Assembly: GCA_026770705.1 (NCBI GenBank)
Contig: JANJGN010000015.1
Span: 32,488,001-32,552,000 of the forward strand
Length of the DNA: 64,000 nt
Direction of reading: 5' to 3'
DNA from: Isurus oxyrinchus
Taxonomy: Eukaryota
The translations under genes were made by a program, and so were the position numbers. The notes beneath the pieces were generated by a model, which saw only the letters and a list, made by a program, of their open reading frames with translations, ran no database searches and was not told the origin of the DNA. Below, in pieces: positions 50,286 to 64,000 of the stretch (its first letter is position 1; each line of letters starts with the position of its first letter).

Positions 50286-51999
50286 TCAATGGGCAGAATC
50301 TTCTGTTCCCTCCAGCAGCAGGAATCGTGGTGGGCGGTGCCACGTAATTTGTAATGAATGAAAAAAATCAGTTTCCCATCATTGAAATATATTGGGTACC
50401 TGTAGCACAAGCTGCACCAAGGCTGGGCATGGGAGGCACAACCAGTGGGGAGGGGTGAGACAGAGGCAGGACTTCAGGAGAGGGAGTGGGGAGGACCAGA
50501 GGGGTAGGGTGAGGTGGAGACAGGGCTTGCTGGGGTGGGGGACAGGAAAGACCAGAGGAAGGGTGAGATGGAGGTGGGCCAGAGGGGAAGGGTGAAAGGC
50601 TGTCCGAGGGCATATTTATGACACTGTCCTGGGAATGAGCCTCATTGTTGGGGACATGTTTAAGATACTGTCCTGGGAATGAGGCCACACTCTCAGGGAA
50701 ATATTTAAGAGGCTGTCATGTGAATGCAGCCATAATGTGAAGACCATGTTAGAGGGCTATGCATGGCACACATGTCTTGGTCCTGGTTTTGGGTGGGGGA
50801 AGGCTTCTCTGGGCTGTTAGTTGTGTGCAGAATGATGTGTCGGACATGGTCAGTCAACTAAGGCATTTACACCTGGAGGTTTGAGGCATGGTATTGGGAA
50901 GCAGAGGGCAAAGTTATATTCAGGAGAGGTATCTGGATTCGGTACGTCGGCAATTGTTATCTCATGGGGGTGTATTGGATGGACTCATGGGGTGGGTCTC
51001 AAGAAAGGGATCGGTCAGATCAGCAAAGGGCATGGGACATCAACATTGAGGAGATCAGAGGGGAGAACAGGAATAATCGTGAACAGTGACGTGGTGAAAG
51101 GTAATGGGGGAGGCTGAATCAGAACAGGAGGAATAGTAATTAAGAGGTAGTGACTGTGGAAAAGGATGGAAGGAACTTGGTGGGTGACAGGGGGAGGTTG
51201 GGAGGTGTTGGTTGCGTTCACAAAGGTTAGGAGCACCATCTTCACTGTTAGTTAGTAATGACACAGTTTGAAAAACAAGCTTGAAAAAATGATATGGGAG
51301 AGGTCTTCAGGTGTGTGGGTGGAGATTACAACTACTATTTTGGGCTGATTGAAGGGGCACCCCATTAATTATCTGCTCAAGACATGGGGAACAAGGCTCA
51401 ACTAAGCACTGGCTTCAAGGGTCAAATGCCTATTGAAGGAGCATTGTTCCTTTGCTAATGGTGCGCATTCATGAAAGAATCTATTACATTTTGGGGCTAA
51501 ATTAGAGTTGATTTGATTGGCCATCTGTTCCTGACAGAGGTATGTAAAAAGGGAAGGAGCGTCAAACAATGAAGGGCCACAGCTGCTGGACAGAAGCTAC
51601 ACGTACACTACAAACCTCAACATTTTCATTTTATGGTCATGGTGTACAGGGCACAATGTTTACAGTCATGACGTTAGTGCAAGGTTAGGCTAGTGTCTAA
51701 GCTAATGGAAGCAAGCTGAAAATAGCCTGACTGAGGGATATAGCACATGGGTGTATTCACCTTGATCAAGACCTTCTTTCTGAGTGCGCAGTCATGTCAA
51801 GGGGGATGCTCAGCCACCAGTTGACCTCCAGTGTGTGCTTCAGCTGCAAGGAGTGGCCTGGGGGTGCCATATCTAGACTGAAGGCAGGCCAAGGGCTTCA
51901 CACTGGCTTCCTGGCTTGGAGATGGAGGAATAGCATTCAAGGAGAAGGTGTAATGATATCTCAAAATTATTCATTCACAGATACAAGGAGGAGTGGAGA

Positions 52000-53145
52000 A
52001 TGCAGGCTGCAAGCAATGCTGCCTTGTTGCTAGCTGTAATTGAATGAGGAGAAGAAGGGCCCATCACCAATTGGCACAGGTCCAGGAGAAGCATGGTTTG
52101 AGCAGCAAGAGGGAAGGGGACCCCAAGAAGTTCCAGATGCTCCCAAAGGGGCAAAATCAATGAAGACCTGTGGCATGACTAAGGGCATATAGAAGATGCT
52201 GCTAATATATGCAGATGAGTAAAAGACAATACTGCCAGGATGTGGTAGCTCACATTTGCCACCTTCTCCATGGAGAACTAATGCCGCAAAGATTTGGAGA
52301 GCATCCCATGTTGCTGGCTTTGAAGGCGACCACCGCAATGAACATTTTTTCCATTGGGTTCTTTCAGGGGTCCACTGGGAACCTTTGCGGTACCTCCCAA
52401 TCAGTGACGCACAAATGCATAAGGGAAGTGATAGATCCCCTTTTTAATAAAGCTCACCATTACATCCAGTTCTGCAGCGATCTCAGGTTTCCCACGGTTC
52501 CATCGCCTGCACATATGTGGCCTTGAGAGCTCCCTGGCAGCAACCGATGAGATTCATCAATCAAAAAGGATTTCACTCTCTGGACACCCAGCTAATTTGT
52601 GATCACAGAAAGCAAACCCTGGACGTTTGTGCTAGGTACCCAGGGAGCTCTCACGACTTGACGCATTCACAGGTGCCACAGATATTTGAGGGACCTCTGC
52701 ATTTACAGGGCTGGCTCCTTGGGGACAAGAGGTTCCCCCGGAAAACATGGCTCATGATGGCCATTAGCCATCCACATAGTGCTGCTGAAGAGAGATATGA
52801 TGCTGCACATTCCGTCATAAGGTTCTTGATAGAGATAATGATTGGAATCCTGAAGATGCAAGTCCAATGTTTGGACCGGTAAGGTGGGGCTCTCCAAAAC
52901 TCACCTCAGTGTTGCTCATCATTGTTATTTGCTCCACTCTGCACAACCTTGCCCTGCAAAAGGAGGGAATGTGTTGCCTGAGGGAGAAATAGAGGGACGA
53001 GATGTCTTCTTGGAAAAGGAGGACATTTAAGTGGATGGGTCTGAAGAGGGTGAAGATGTAGACAAACGACAAGAAGAGGCCATCGCATGGGAATGACATG
53101 GCAGACGTGCCTGTGACAACCTGATAGCTACAAGAATCTGGGGGA
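52000..53145 (+). pseudogene. Harbinger DDE transposase pseudogene
   Basis: GFFQGSTGNLCGTSQS..HKCIREV, FINQKGFHSLDTQLICDH, ARYPGSSHD, WLLGDK, IEIMIGILKM. The start is approximate. Confidence 0.85.
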
Positions 53146-54838
53146 GTAATGTGCTGACAAATTCTCACGACCACTTGTTTCTTTAGCCTTTGCCAACTGG
53201 AACACCCCATCATCTTCAATCTCAGCAAGAAAATACCCCAAAAGCTCAGTGCTCTCACAACGATTATTAAAATATCCATACTCACTGTAAGCCCTACTGA
53301 CGGAATCAGCCTTGGAATGGATTAAACAGCGGCGAATAAGCCATGGTAACATATGGCTGCTGTGGAACCTGAAAGCACTCTCTTCTCACACATCCTTAAG
53401 CACCTCCACATAGCTTACCCCTTTCACCCATGGCCTCACCAAGTCAGTGTGCATGGCAGCTTAGAAGCGGCTGCAATTCAAAATTACACAGGGATGCACT
53501 CATGTCGGTCTGACACCTGCTGAATGAGGCGGCCTGACCACACACATCACTCTTTCAGGCATAACCGCAAGGGTGCTTCAATAGGGAGCAGCATCATGAG
53601 AGCACCATTTGTCCTGTCGCCAGCTCTCAACAATGCAGAATGTTGAGGCATCATCTTGCTACTGCCCCCCAATTGTCATTCGCACATGATTTAGCAACAA
53701 TTATTAACATCTAGATCATGCAGTAAAGTCTTGAGGAGTGCTGATTTGTCCTCACAGAGAGTGTCTCACCAGGACAATGGTTTGCTGAAGTGCAACCACT
53801 TGGGACCCTGCAATTATCGGAAGCCTGACAAGTCGCTATCCTAGATGACCTTTGCATTAGGGTTAAATCTTGAGCAGTTATTATTGACACAACAGCCAGT
53901 GACCAATTCTTTCCTTCATGGACCCTGCTGAGATCATTGGAGAATTACATATGCATCTCTTTGAGAATATGACCGTTCTCCACATGGTACAGCTCACAAG
54001 ACCATTCCTGTATATACATCCTAAGTCAATGAGAACCCTGTCATACAGTGAATTCCACATTGGGTTGAGTGCTGTGCCTTTAATCAGGGACCACTTAAAG
54101 CCTCACTAAGCAGCCGTGCAAGTCCAAATAAAGATCGTCAGAAGAAAGGAAACAGCGTCCTGAAGATGAACTCACACCTCTTGCATCACACACTCACCCC
54201 TCTTGCAGTCATGTCTGAGGTTCACATTGGATCCTGACATGCCTAGTTTAGCATCATGCATGCAGAGAGTAAGAAATCACCAAGGAATGCCATTCAGCCT
54301 TAAATGCAGGCTCTATATCTTCCTACAGAGAGGCATGGAAGTCTATGGGCTTTGAAGTTTTAAACTACATTTTTTATAAACTGCTTCTCATAAAATAAAG
54401 GCCATTCTAAATGACACATTGGACATACTTATATAACATGAGTTGTGATGACTACTCCTGCCACCCGCATACAACAGACATCAGTGCAACAGCAGCAGCT
54501 AAATCAATATCCTCGAGGAGCACTTCTCCCGAGGCCAAAGCATAGTCTGAGATAATAGGCTGATAGACAGTGCATTAACCAGGCATCGGTGGCATAAATG
54601 ATGTGCACTGCCTGATGTTGCGGATGTGGAATTATAGATGACTCACTGTGATGGGAATGTGTGAGAATTTATACAGCTGAAGATCCAGATGGTATTTCAT
54701 TGGGGTGGGGTGGGGGCTACATTTTGGATCCTTAAATGAGCGCAGAACATTGAAGCCAATTGAATAGAACTGGAATCCATGAGACTTGAAGAAGGATAGA
54801 TTCAGCATAAATTTGCATAAGTGAAAGGTATACACAAT

Positions 54839-55349
54839 GGGGGGGATTTTCCCCTCGTCGGGTGGGCGGGCCTGGGAACTCCTGAGAGACCAATTGCTGT
54901 ATGCGGCCAATTAACTTCCAGCCAGCCTGAAAGGCGCGCTAAGAGGCTCAGCGCTGCCATGGTGGGGGCGGGAGGAGCACGAGCGCTGAAGTCTGCGCAT
55001 GCGCAGGGGAAGCGCACACTGCGGGGTTGGGGAGAGAGGCACAGAGCTGTTTCTGGGAGCTGATGGGTTTTAAAATGAAAAATAACCTTTTTACATATGA
55101 GATAAATGTGTCCTCACACGTGACTCAGTCACGTGACGAGGGACATTTTTTTAAAAATGTGAAACATTTTTTATTGTTTTTTATTTTGGTAACCTCATCC
55201 CACCCGTGGGTGAGGTCTCGTTAAAAATGCAAAGGCCGCCTGGCCTATTCGCCCGCCTGGGGGACGCTTGCCCGATGTCATCGCACACTATTTCCCTCCC
55301 GTTCCCGCACATGGGCACATGCCCGCTGCAGGATGGAAAAATTCAGCCC
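54839..55349. mobile_element. MITE family A nested in the Harbinger element
   Basis: GGGGGGGATTTT / AAAATTCAGCCC with TSD AAT. Confidence 0.85.
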
Positions 55350-55381
55350 AATGAGTTAACACCTAAGCCATCAGTGCACAT

Positions 55382-57071
55382 TCAATATTTTTTAATCTTT
55401 CTAACCCGACCACTACTCCCAGGTGCAGCCCCAGCATTCAACGTGGAGGTGGAGGCAGCCTGCTGGTTGCAATGCCTTGTTGTCAGAGATGACTGCGACG
55501 AGCGTCCTCTGGTGGCCCGAGGTCTTGAGGGCCCCGGCCTCCAAAGGGTCTCTTGCTTAGGTGCAGGTGCATTCTCCTCGGCCTGACCTGCTGGAGTTGA
55601 TGGAGTTGCTGGCAGAGGGGAGTTGGAGCAGCAGGGCACCCTTGGAGTGTCCTGGATGGATGCCCACTTGGTGTCTGACTGGTGTTCTTCCTCTCTTTGG
55701 GTGCTTGAGTGCGGCGAGAGGTGCCCTGTCCCTCTCTCAACTGGCTGCTGCTGAAATGCACTCATGGCTATAGCGATGGTGTGCAGGTCCAAGCCCAAAT
55801 CCAGCAGAAACTGCAGGACCTGGGTCTCCAAGGCGGCCACCACCCTTCCCATGGACACTTCAATGTGATCGCATGCCAGAGCCACCACATCAGACAGAAT
55901 GTGGACAGACTGCTCCATCCTTTGGGCCCAGCCTGCGGACAGCCTCTGACAGCTCTGCCTGATGTTCCTCAGCCTGGTTGCATCTCCAAAATGTCTGTTA
56001 GGGCCTTGACTAGAGGCATGTCGTCAGACTCAGCAGGGGCCTGGTCTCCAGCCATCCTCCGAGTGTTAGAGACCTGGGCTGTCACTGCCTCCGCCAGCTG
56101 TGGACACGTGTTTGTGAGGTGATCACCAGATAGTGAACCCGAGCCTACTCTAGAACTAGGTTCCACAGAGGTGCGTGTATCTGTGCGGGTGGATGCCTCC
56201 TCTGGGGATCCTCAGGGTTCCTCCTCAGTGGTGGCCTGGAGGCTGGGGCTCTGTCATCCGGAGGCCGATGCCCTCTTTTTCTTGCTGGTACCTGGAATAG
56301 AGAAAAGAGAGAAATACTGATTGACTGAGCAGGCACGTATATTAAAGATCACTCACAGTCATTGCCCGCATCTTGTCAATGTATACTGGATGCATCCTCA
56401 CTGGCTTGTTGGGGAAGGCTGATCTCACCTTCTGCGCAGGAACAAGCTTTGTGGCCAGTTCCTTGAGAGGGTTCGGATCTCAGGGTGCCACTTCCAGTCT
56501 TGGCATGCTCTCTCTTGTTGTGGGCAGCCTTGTCCTGCAGAAATACGGAAGAATTGCCTATGATTGACTGAGCAGTGCTGAAGCATGCATGCCTATTGTA
56601 TCTGCTGATCTCTCCCCAGTAAGTGATTAAGAAGCCATTTGTTCAGCAACTTATTTGAGATGGTGAGCTTAAAGTGGTTGGCACACATTCAGTAATGATG
56701 ACCCATCTGGTGGGCATGTGGGACATTCCTGTGGACTCTAACCCTTAGACTGCCTGATGCCCTTATGAGAATGTGAGGTTGAAGCGGGTAGACATTGTGT
56801 TTACCCTGGCGGATCACAGCAGATCATTCACCCATTTACTGCAGTGCAGAGTGGTCCTTTTTTGGGTCCCATGGTCACTACCTCCCCAGCGACCTTCTCC
56901 TAAGCTGGCATGATCAGGTGGCTTTGGGGGGGTGTGGGGGTATTCTCCTACTCCCTTCCTTCAGAAAGAGGACCCCCATCTTTCCTGGACGGCCTGAAGG
57001 AGAATTCCCAAGGAAGCCTCGCTGAAACATGGGGCCGAAGATTGCTCCCTTTTGGGTGCAATTGTGGACAT
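55382..57071 (-). pseudogene. Spliced Myb/SANT-like accessory gene remnant, apparently three exons
   Basis: MSTIAPKREQSSAPCFSEASLGILLQAVQER from 57071. The C-terminus RPGPSRPRATRGR...SGRVRKIKKY matches the ORF at 19082-19744. Confidence 0.75.
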
Positions 57072-58574
57072 CTTATCTGCAGCATCTGGTCTGTTGTGAG
57101 TGAATGCCTGTGTGAGTACAGTTTAAATATGGTACCATTACCCCATGAGGTAACAGCGGGGCGGGTGACTTCCTGCCCACCCTGCTGCGAGATTCACCGA
57201 GCTCCTCGCTGATGCATAATTAATGAGCTGAAAAGCGGAAGATCACACATGTTCAGCCATCCAGCAGGAATCACACCAACTTCCCCATCCACCATTGGGC
57301 TTAGCCTCTCGAAGGAAGATTTCGCCCAATTTGGGTTTTAAAGTTTCTTTCCTAATCTATCTTGGCAGTAGTTTAGTGTCAGTCTTGCTGACCACACTCT
57401 TATTAGTTGTATCATGCCACTACCGGGGTGCTGAAAGGCAAACTAGATGCACCTTGGTCTTTTCTTACAATCTATCAAGTCCTATGTTCCTATGAAAGCA
57501 GTTCCATTGTTCCTATACTTAATGCTCACCCTGGTCCAATACTACATGGCTCAAGAATGTTTGTACACTTTGCACTTTGACCTTGCCATTTACTCATTAC
57601 TTCTGAAGGACTAATACAACAATTCCAAAGACAACTGGGCTACAGTGTCTTCTTCTGCTTGTTGTTCTTAATTTTTTTTATTTTTGTCTCTGTATTCTCT
57701 CGCTCCTTTTCTTTCTCTTTCTATTTAATTTGACTAATTCACCCTATTTCCTCCCCCCATTGTTCGTTCTATTTCTTTCTCTATCATTTTACTATTTAGT
57801 TTTGTTGATTAAGGAAATAAATCATTGGGCATTGCATTCGAAAGGTCCCAGGTACAATGTTATCATTATGTCACCCTGATCAATTTGCAGTTTTATCTAT
57901 TTATGGACCAATTCTTCCTTCATTGTAAAGACCGTATGCCCTGGTCTACCGTGAACAATGCAACTTGTGGTCTTCTCATCTCTTGTGTCTAGTGCACAAT
58001 CATTACATTTCAGATGTTATTCTTTCAGGGAATTTTTGTTGCCAGTTACTAAAGTTATTTTAATACAGATGTTACCCCATTAATCTGGTGTAACTTCTTG
58101 AAACAAAGCCTGGCATTTTATCCTAAGAACTTCAGCCTGGAACCAATAATTTACAATTTATTGATCTCAACATATTTACAAACAATTTCCCACAGCAGTA
58201 CTTAAGCCTCAAAGCGGCCTCAAAGGAACAGCAAGGTTAACTTCACTACAATGCTCCTTAGAGCAGACCAGCTGTGAACATTATCATAAGACATCCGCAA
58301 GTATTGAGATAAAATTCTGTCAATTCTATTAAAGGAGCTAAGAACATGCCAGGACTCTGATATATTGGGTTATTTGATGTTGTGAAATATGATTTATTAT
58401 TCCAATATTCTTCCCCATGTTTTTCCCATTTTTTCTCTGTGTTTTCAGCATTGCATCATCTGCAGCCAAGATACCAATTTCCAATCCTTCACCAAAACTG
58501 CTTTGAACTTTGCAAGAACAGTTCAAAGGCCTTCTTCCTTACATTTGCCTTCCTTCTAGGGCAAGGCATTTGAA

Positions 58575-58612
58575 CCCCCCCCCCCCCCCCCCCCCCCACC
58601 CCCCCCCCCCCC
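58575..58612. repeat. Poly-C tract
   Basis: About 37 C with one A interruption. Confidence 0.9.
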
Positions 58613-59567
58613 ACTACAGTGACTCTTCACAGTGATTTTTTAAATTCATTCTCGGGATGTGGCCTTTGTTGGCAAGGCCATCATTTATTGCTCATCCCTT
58701 AATGCTCTTGAGAAGGTGGTGGGTGAGCCACCTTCTTGACCCAGTGCATAATGTGTGGTGAAGATATTCTCACAGCGCTGTTAGGGAGGGATTTCAAGGA
58801 AGCAACTGAGAGCAGGAGCTCAACAGAATTAGAAAACAACATCATTCACTGGAATGGCTCCCTGAGCTTACAACACATCACAACCAAACAGTTTTATCCC
58901 TAAAAGTCACATGTCAACTAAAGGAATCATACTGTGAACCACTGTTATAGATTTGTCCTATTAGTTCTCAATTGATTTCACTGAAACAAAGGGCAGTAGG
59001 AAAGAAAACATCATTTCTGGGACTGTAAGAGGACGTGTGAAGGGTTGTATTCTATCCCTGATGGTGTACTCTGCTTTGCTGTAGCCATCTTTGGTAGGAA
59101 TCTAATGTGGCAAATAGTGTTCATAATGTTTCAGTATATAAAGGCCACATACAACTGGACACATGGGCGTACCACTGTAGAAGCAGTCTTAATCTAAAAG
59201 GAATGTCTCACTTATTCAAAGCATTAATGAAGCAGTAAAGTAAAAATGTCACATTTTGCAGGCTCAGAATTGCTGATTACACAGCATTTGGGAATCTTCG
59301 TGTTGTGTATCTCTGTGCCCCTTTTCACAGCCTGCCTGGTAGTTAGATACCTCCATTGCTAAGATCCAATGTTTTTCCCCTCCTCAATACACTACAGTGA
59401 GAAAAATCAAGTGACTCCTACTGGCAAATATATTTATCCCACTGTTGAAATTACAGTGAACAGGCTTTCTCAAAAAATCTGGCTTAATGAGAATTAGCTC
59501 CAGACTCTATTAGAATGTTGACCTTTTGACTTTATTATTAATTATACAAGATTTGTGTTACTTGCAG

Positions 59568-59706
59568 ACAGTTTCTGGCAGCAGGAGCCAGCAAATGGGT
59601 GAATATCGACAGTAAAACAATGGAAAAGACCCTCGATGGATTGCAAATTCCTCATCGCTATGTCTTTGAAGATGCACAAATGCATATTTATATGCTAATG
59701 AAAAAG
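59568..59706 (+). CDS. RGS11: RGS11 exon, 139 nt: [46 protein letters not shown]
   Basis: ttgcag acceptor and gtaagt donor. QFLA/WVNIDS.TME.TL fits RGS11 better than RGS9 (WINIDGKTMDITV). Confidence 0.96.
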
Positions 59707-59989
59707 GTAAGTGGACTTATATCAAAGTTCTTTTGTGATATCTATAATATATTATACATACATATATATGTGTGTGTTACATCCTACCTTGTATCTCATA
59801 GATGATAGATAGGATTTGGGGAATCAGAAGCTGTGTTCCTCACTGCAGAATTCCCAGCCTCTGACCTGCTCTTATGGCCACAGTATTTATGTGGCTGGGT
59901 CCAGTTAAATTTCTTGGGAAAGAAAATTACATAAAAAGGGCTTCCATTATTTTCAAAAGCACAAAGCTCCTTAACAAATGTTTCATATT

Positions 59990-60332
59990 TTTTTTTATTC
60001 ATCCACATGGGCATCTCTGGCAAGGCCAGCAGTTACTGCCCAGCTCTAATTACCTTTGTTCACAGGGCCTTTAAGAATCAACATTGCTGTGGGTCTGGAG
60101 ACACATGTAGGCCAGACCAGGCAAGGACAGCAGATTTCCTTCCCCAAAGGGCATTAGTGAACCAGATGGGTTTTTACAACAGTCAGTAATGGTTTCATGG
60201 TCATCATCTGACCCTTAATTCCAGATTTTTATCCCACCACTTGTTGTGGTGGGATTTGAACCCAGGTCCCCAAAGCATTACCATGGATCTCTGGAATACT
60301 AGCCCAGTGACAATACCACTATGCCATCCCCT
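59990..60332 (-). mobile_element. tRNA-derived SINE
   Basis: Same family as 49375-49706, with B box GGTTCAAATCCC on the - strand. Confidence 0.75.
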
Positions 60333-60579
60333 CCATATCAGGAACTTGACAACTATTGCTATATATTTTTAACAAAATGAAGCCACACAACACCACCCAC
60401 ATTATCACCAATTTAGCTGTACTAAACTGAGGTCTTACCTGCATTGTTGGATAGGAAGCATTATAGTAGCATTATTTTAAATAAATAAAGAAACCTTAAT
60501 GTGGTATTTTCAATATCAAAGAAATCATTCACAAATCCTCGCATTCAGAGAATACAATGTTAAAACAGCAGGACACTAG

Positions 60580-61129
60580 GGCCAGGATCTTTAGGGCAGG
60601 GCCCGCTCGCCAACATATAAAATGATGCGGGATGACGTTGGGTGGAACTCCTGACCTCCCCCCCGCTTCATTTCAATTTTCAGGTCGGCGGGGGTGCCGC
60701 CAACTCAGCTGTGCACCCGCTGACCAGTCAACAGCCTATTGAGGCCATTTAAAAAGTAATTGGGATACTTAAGGGACTTGCCCGTCCAACCTTAAGGTTG
60801 GCGGGCAGGCCGGGAGCCCTGGTGGGCTTCAGAAGAAGAATGAAACCTCATCCACAGACGGGATGCAGGTTCATGAGGGTTTTTAAAATTTTAATAAATG
60901 TATGCTTTAAAGTGATGGACATGTCCCAACACATGTGACAGTGTCACATGAGGAGACATGTCAGGGAAATTTAATTTTTCCCCTTCACCATTTTTAAATT
61001 TGGTGCCAATTTCCCTGAGGCAGCACTTAGCCTCAGGGAGATGAGTGCGCTCTTTCGCCCGCCCGCATCCGCTCCTGCACTCTCTCCCCCACCCCCACCA
61101 CCACCCCCAATGGGGGGAAAATTCTTCCC
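60580..61129. mobile_element. MITE family A
   Basis: GGCCAGGATCTT / AAAATTCTTCCC with flanks TAG/TAA. Confidence 0.85.
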
Positions 61130-62399
61130 TAAGAATTGTAAATTTTGTGTAAAAACTGGTTAATTCCACTTGTTTACTGCAACTAATTTTAACTCCGTAT
61201 TTGCTAAAACCATAAATCTTTGCCATAGGGAGTAAAGGGCTTTAAACACAAGATACCTGTGGAGAATGTTGAAATGACAAAGTAAATTTAGAAATTTTCA
61301 TCAGCGTAAAGGATTAATAATTAACATATAAGTGATCATAAAATTAGGAATGTGGCTTAATTTTTTGGTTTCTGACCATTGACCACTCCGATCCATATTG
61401 CCGGCCGTGAGAGACAGATTCTAAGCCCTATGGTGAACAATAGGCAAAGGATTAATTAGGAATATTGATATTGCTATAATTGTTGGTTGAGATGAATGAA
61501 TAGTAATACTCTGGTTGAACATCATGTTATGTAATGATTTCTTGGATCCCCAGAATTCACGCCTTGGGGCTGAGACCTCATCTGCAGCATTGGGAGTTGC
61601 CTAAGGAGCAGTGGGATTTCACAGCAGTCTGGAGTATACAGCAAGCAGCTGCATTTGTTGTTCTGTACACGCAACCCAATAGGGATTTCATTCAGTACTC
61701 CCTGGCACTGGATGTAGATTTTAAAAAATTAAAAACACAGGCAAAGGCTATGAGGGATGTCAGATGGCACAAAAGGCACAGGACCAGATTTTGCATCCCA
61801 ACATGGGGCAAACACATGTCGGGTGGGTGGGAAAAGAGGCAGCTGGGATCCGATTCTAGGATTCCCACCCCCATTCCCATCGTACGGTATTTTGAAGGCC
61901 TGGAGAGGCCATGGGGGGATATGGGGGTAAAGGGGGGGCATGGATGGCGTGGGGGTATATTGGGAGTGGGGGATGTAGGGGTGTGGAAGGATATGGAGTT
62001 ATGGAAGGAGGCGGGGGTGGGTGGTGGTGGATGGGAAGGAGGGGCAAGGGCTAAGATGCCTAACATTCAAGTACAGAACTTGGGCCAACATCCAAGTGAA
62101 CAGGGACAGGCCTTCTAACCTGCCTGCTTTGGCATCCACCCACCTCCATTCACCCAATCCTAATGTGTGAATCTCCTGCTGTCCTCTGACCATGAGAATA
62201 GAATCATGCAGGTCAAGGATGAGGTCCTGGCACCTCCCAAGCGCATTTATTTTGTGTGATCCTAATTTGAAGGGCACAATAGTTTTCAAGGATGACTCCA
62301 GAAAACACAAACAACCCTGAGTGCAGGCTAAAAGTAGCCTTTTGCCAATCATTGATCAATACAGCATTAAAGGAATTTACCTCCTGCATGTAAGAAAAT

Positions 62400-64000
62400 G
62401 GCAGAATTTTCTGTGCGGCTGGCGTTGGGCGTGAGCGGACAATATGGCACAATTGGTTTTACGATGGTGGGAAACCAGTTTGCAATTTTTGGTGGGCTGC
62501 ATTTCCCGCCATCAGATGTCAGGACCCTCACTGTAATACAGCAGTGTATCATTATCAGGCCAGCCTGCCGGAGCTGTCCCCACCCCATTGGATCGCCCAT
62601 CCACATCGGCGGGAAAGCATGCTAACGTGTTTCACAACAGCACGTAGGTGACATGCACTAGGCGGCCTGCACTTTGAGGGGAACTCGGAAGTGAGTGCAG
62701 TAATGTTGTGCAGTGCTTGCCAGGGTCACCTGTTGGACTTCAAGCTTCAGGGGCGCGGGGTTTAAGGGCAGCCCTGCTGCTGAGGCGACTGGTGGTGGGG
62801 TTGCAGGCAAGTGCAGCCCTGCTGCTGAATATAGCGCACAAGCTTTCGGGGTAGGGGGGCAGGGTGAGCAAGGGAAGTGGCCGTGCATTAGGGAAACCTG
62901 TACAAAGTGACCATTCCTCTGCAACTGAGACAGATCAGGCGCAGCCACATTGATTTGGTTGGGAACAGATTTCTAACATCTGCCCACTCAAGCAATGCAG
63001 AGGCATCAAAGTGTCACCAAGTGCTCCAGAGCTTTTCATCCCCCCTTCCCACCCCAACACAGACTCCAAACTCATGAGCATTTTAGAGGACAGCAGAACA
63101 GTTGGACGACTGCATTCCTTGTACAATCTCCTCGCTAAAGCTGGACATGGAACAGTCACTGGTGGAGGCGCTCACAGACCCTTGCAATGTCAGCATCCCA
63201 GTTTGGACCAGTCTCCCCATGGTTCAAGCTAACAGGGCAGCCTTGCAGTGCGGGTTAGGAGAATGCCTGTCCCTGAGCTGAGACCACAACATGCAGTGCA
63301 CTAATCTCTGGCCGTCCAAGTGGAGGCAAGCACTCTCCGGGATGCATTAAGGGGCTGTCGTACTTAACCAGGACAGGTTCTTAGTACACCGTGCTAACCA
63401 CGTGTCTCCCTCTCTCATCCTGCAGGAGGAGTACATCAGGATCATGGAGCCTGGTGAACCAGCTGTATGCCAGATGGCCTACAGAGCGTGAAGATGATAG
63501 GGGAGAGAGCGATTGAGGCTCCTGGCTGCGTAGAGACAGGAGCAGCAACCTCAGGAAGAAGGGGCACTGGGGTTCCCACACATGCTGCCCAGGAGCCACA
63601 GCGAGTTGTCACAGGCCGGTGCCTAGCAACACCCAGGGTGCCAAGGGGGATGAGGGTGAGGGGGTCCTCAGAGACAACAATGACAAGGATGAGGCCCTCA
63701 TACTGGCCAGATGAGGCAAGTGCGCTCAGGAGGCCCTCATAGCTGCTAGATTTGCGGAGGATGATGATGACATGAGGTGAGGTGACCCCATAGATCCTCT
63801 CATCACATCTGTGAATGTTTGACTCCAGTCTGGCTTATGGCAGCACCTATACCCTCTGTGAGAATGCTCCTGTCATGGAGATGCAGTGGAGGCCCTAATA
63901 GTTGCTCGATTGCAGGAGGATGATGACGACATGCAGTGAGGACACTCCATAAATCTTTACATATCCTCTGAGAATTTTGAATCCTGTCTGGCCGAGGGCA
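62400..64000 (+). mobile_element. Harbinger element of the 16233 family with the transposase core deleted, running off the window end
   Basis: Starts GGCAGAATTTTC and is colinear with 16233-18780, except that about 17511-18410 is missing at about 63640. Confidence 0.85.

Larger units (their letters stand above)
50291..57327 (+). mobile_element. Full-length decayed PIF/Harbinger transposon (7.0 kb including a nested MITE)
   Basis: TIR GGGCAGAATCTTC / GAAGATTTCGCCC with TSD AAT. Transposase (+) and Myb-like (-) remnants converge. Confidence 0.88.

Noticed and set aside
12092-59706. RGS9, RGS6 or RGS7 identity for the host gene
   Set aside because: IEY..KAL, HDP.VSG, ENLSFW and WVNIDS.TME.TL fit RGS11 better. 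A phylogeny would confirm this.
61534-62118. 194-aa ORF
   Set aside because: It arises from low-complexity G-rich repeat sequence and has no recognisable domain.

Overview
This is AT-rich, repeat-dense vertebrate genomic DNA. The repeat content (CR1 and L2 LINEs, a DeuSINE, Penelope termini, Harbinger elements) points to a cartilaginous fish, probably a shark; that assignment is inferred. The window lies inside one + strand host gene, RGS11 (R7 RGS family). Seven internal coding exons cover the DHEX-GGL linker, the GGL domain and most of the RGS domain; the start and stop codons lie outside the window. The introns hold two full-length but decayed two-gene PIF/Harbinger transposons, three partial ones and about ten Harbinger-type MITEs. 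They also hold a non-autonomous Gypsy LTR element with four nested insertions, a palindromic Penelope insertion with minimal hammerhead motifs, and other LINE, SINE, hAT and Tigger copies. The main oddities are a micro-exon whose best acceptor is out of frame, two long hairpins, an exact 40-bp templated insertion, and Harbinger TSDs that are not TWA. Most ORFs in the supplied track are spurious or TE remnants. All alignments were done by eye and no wholly new system could be demonstrated.
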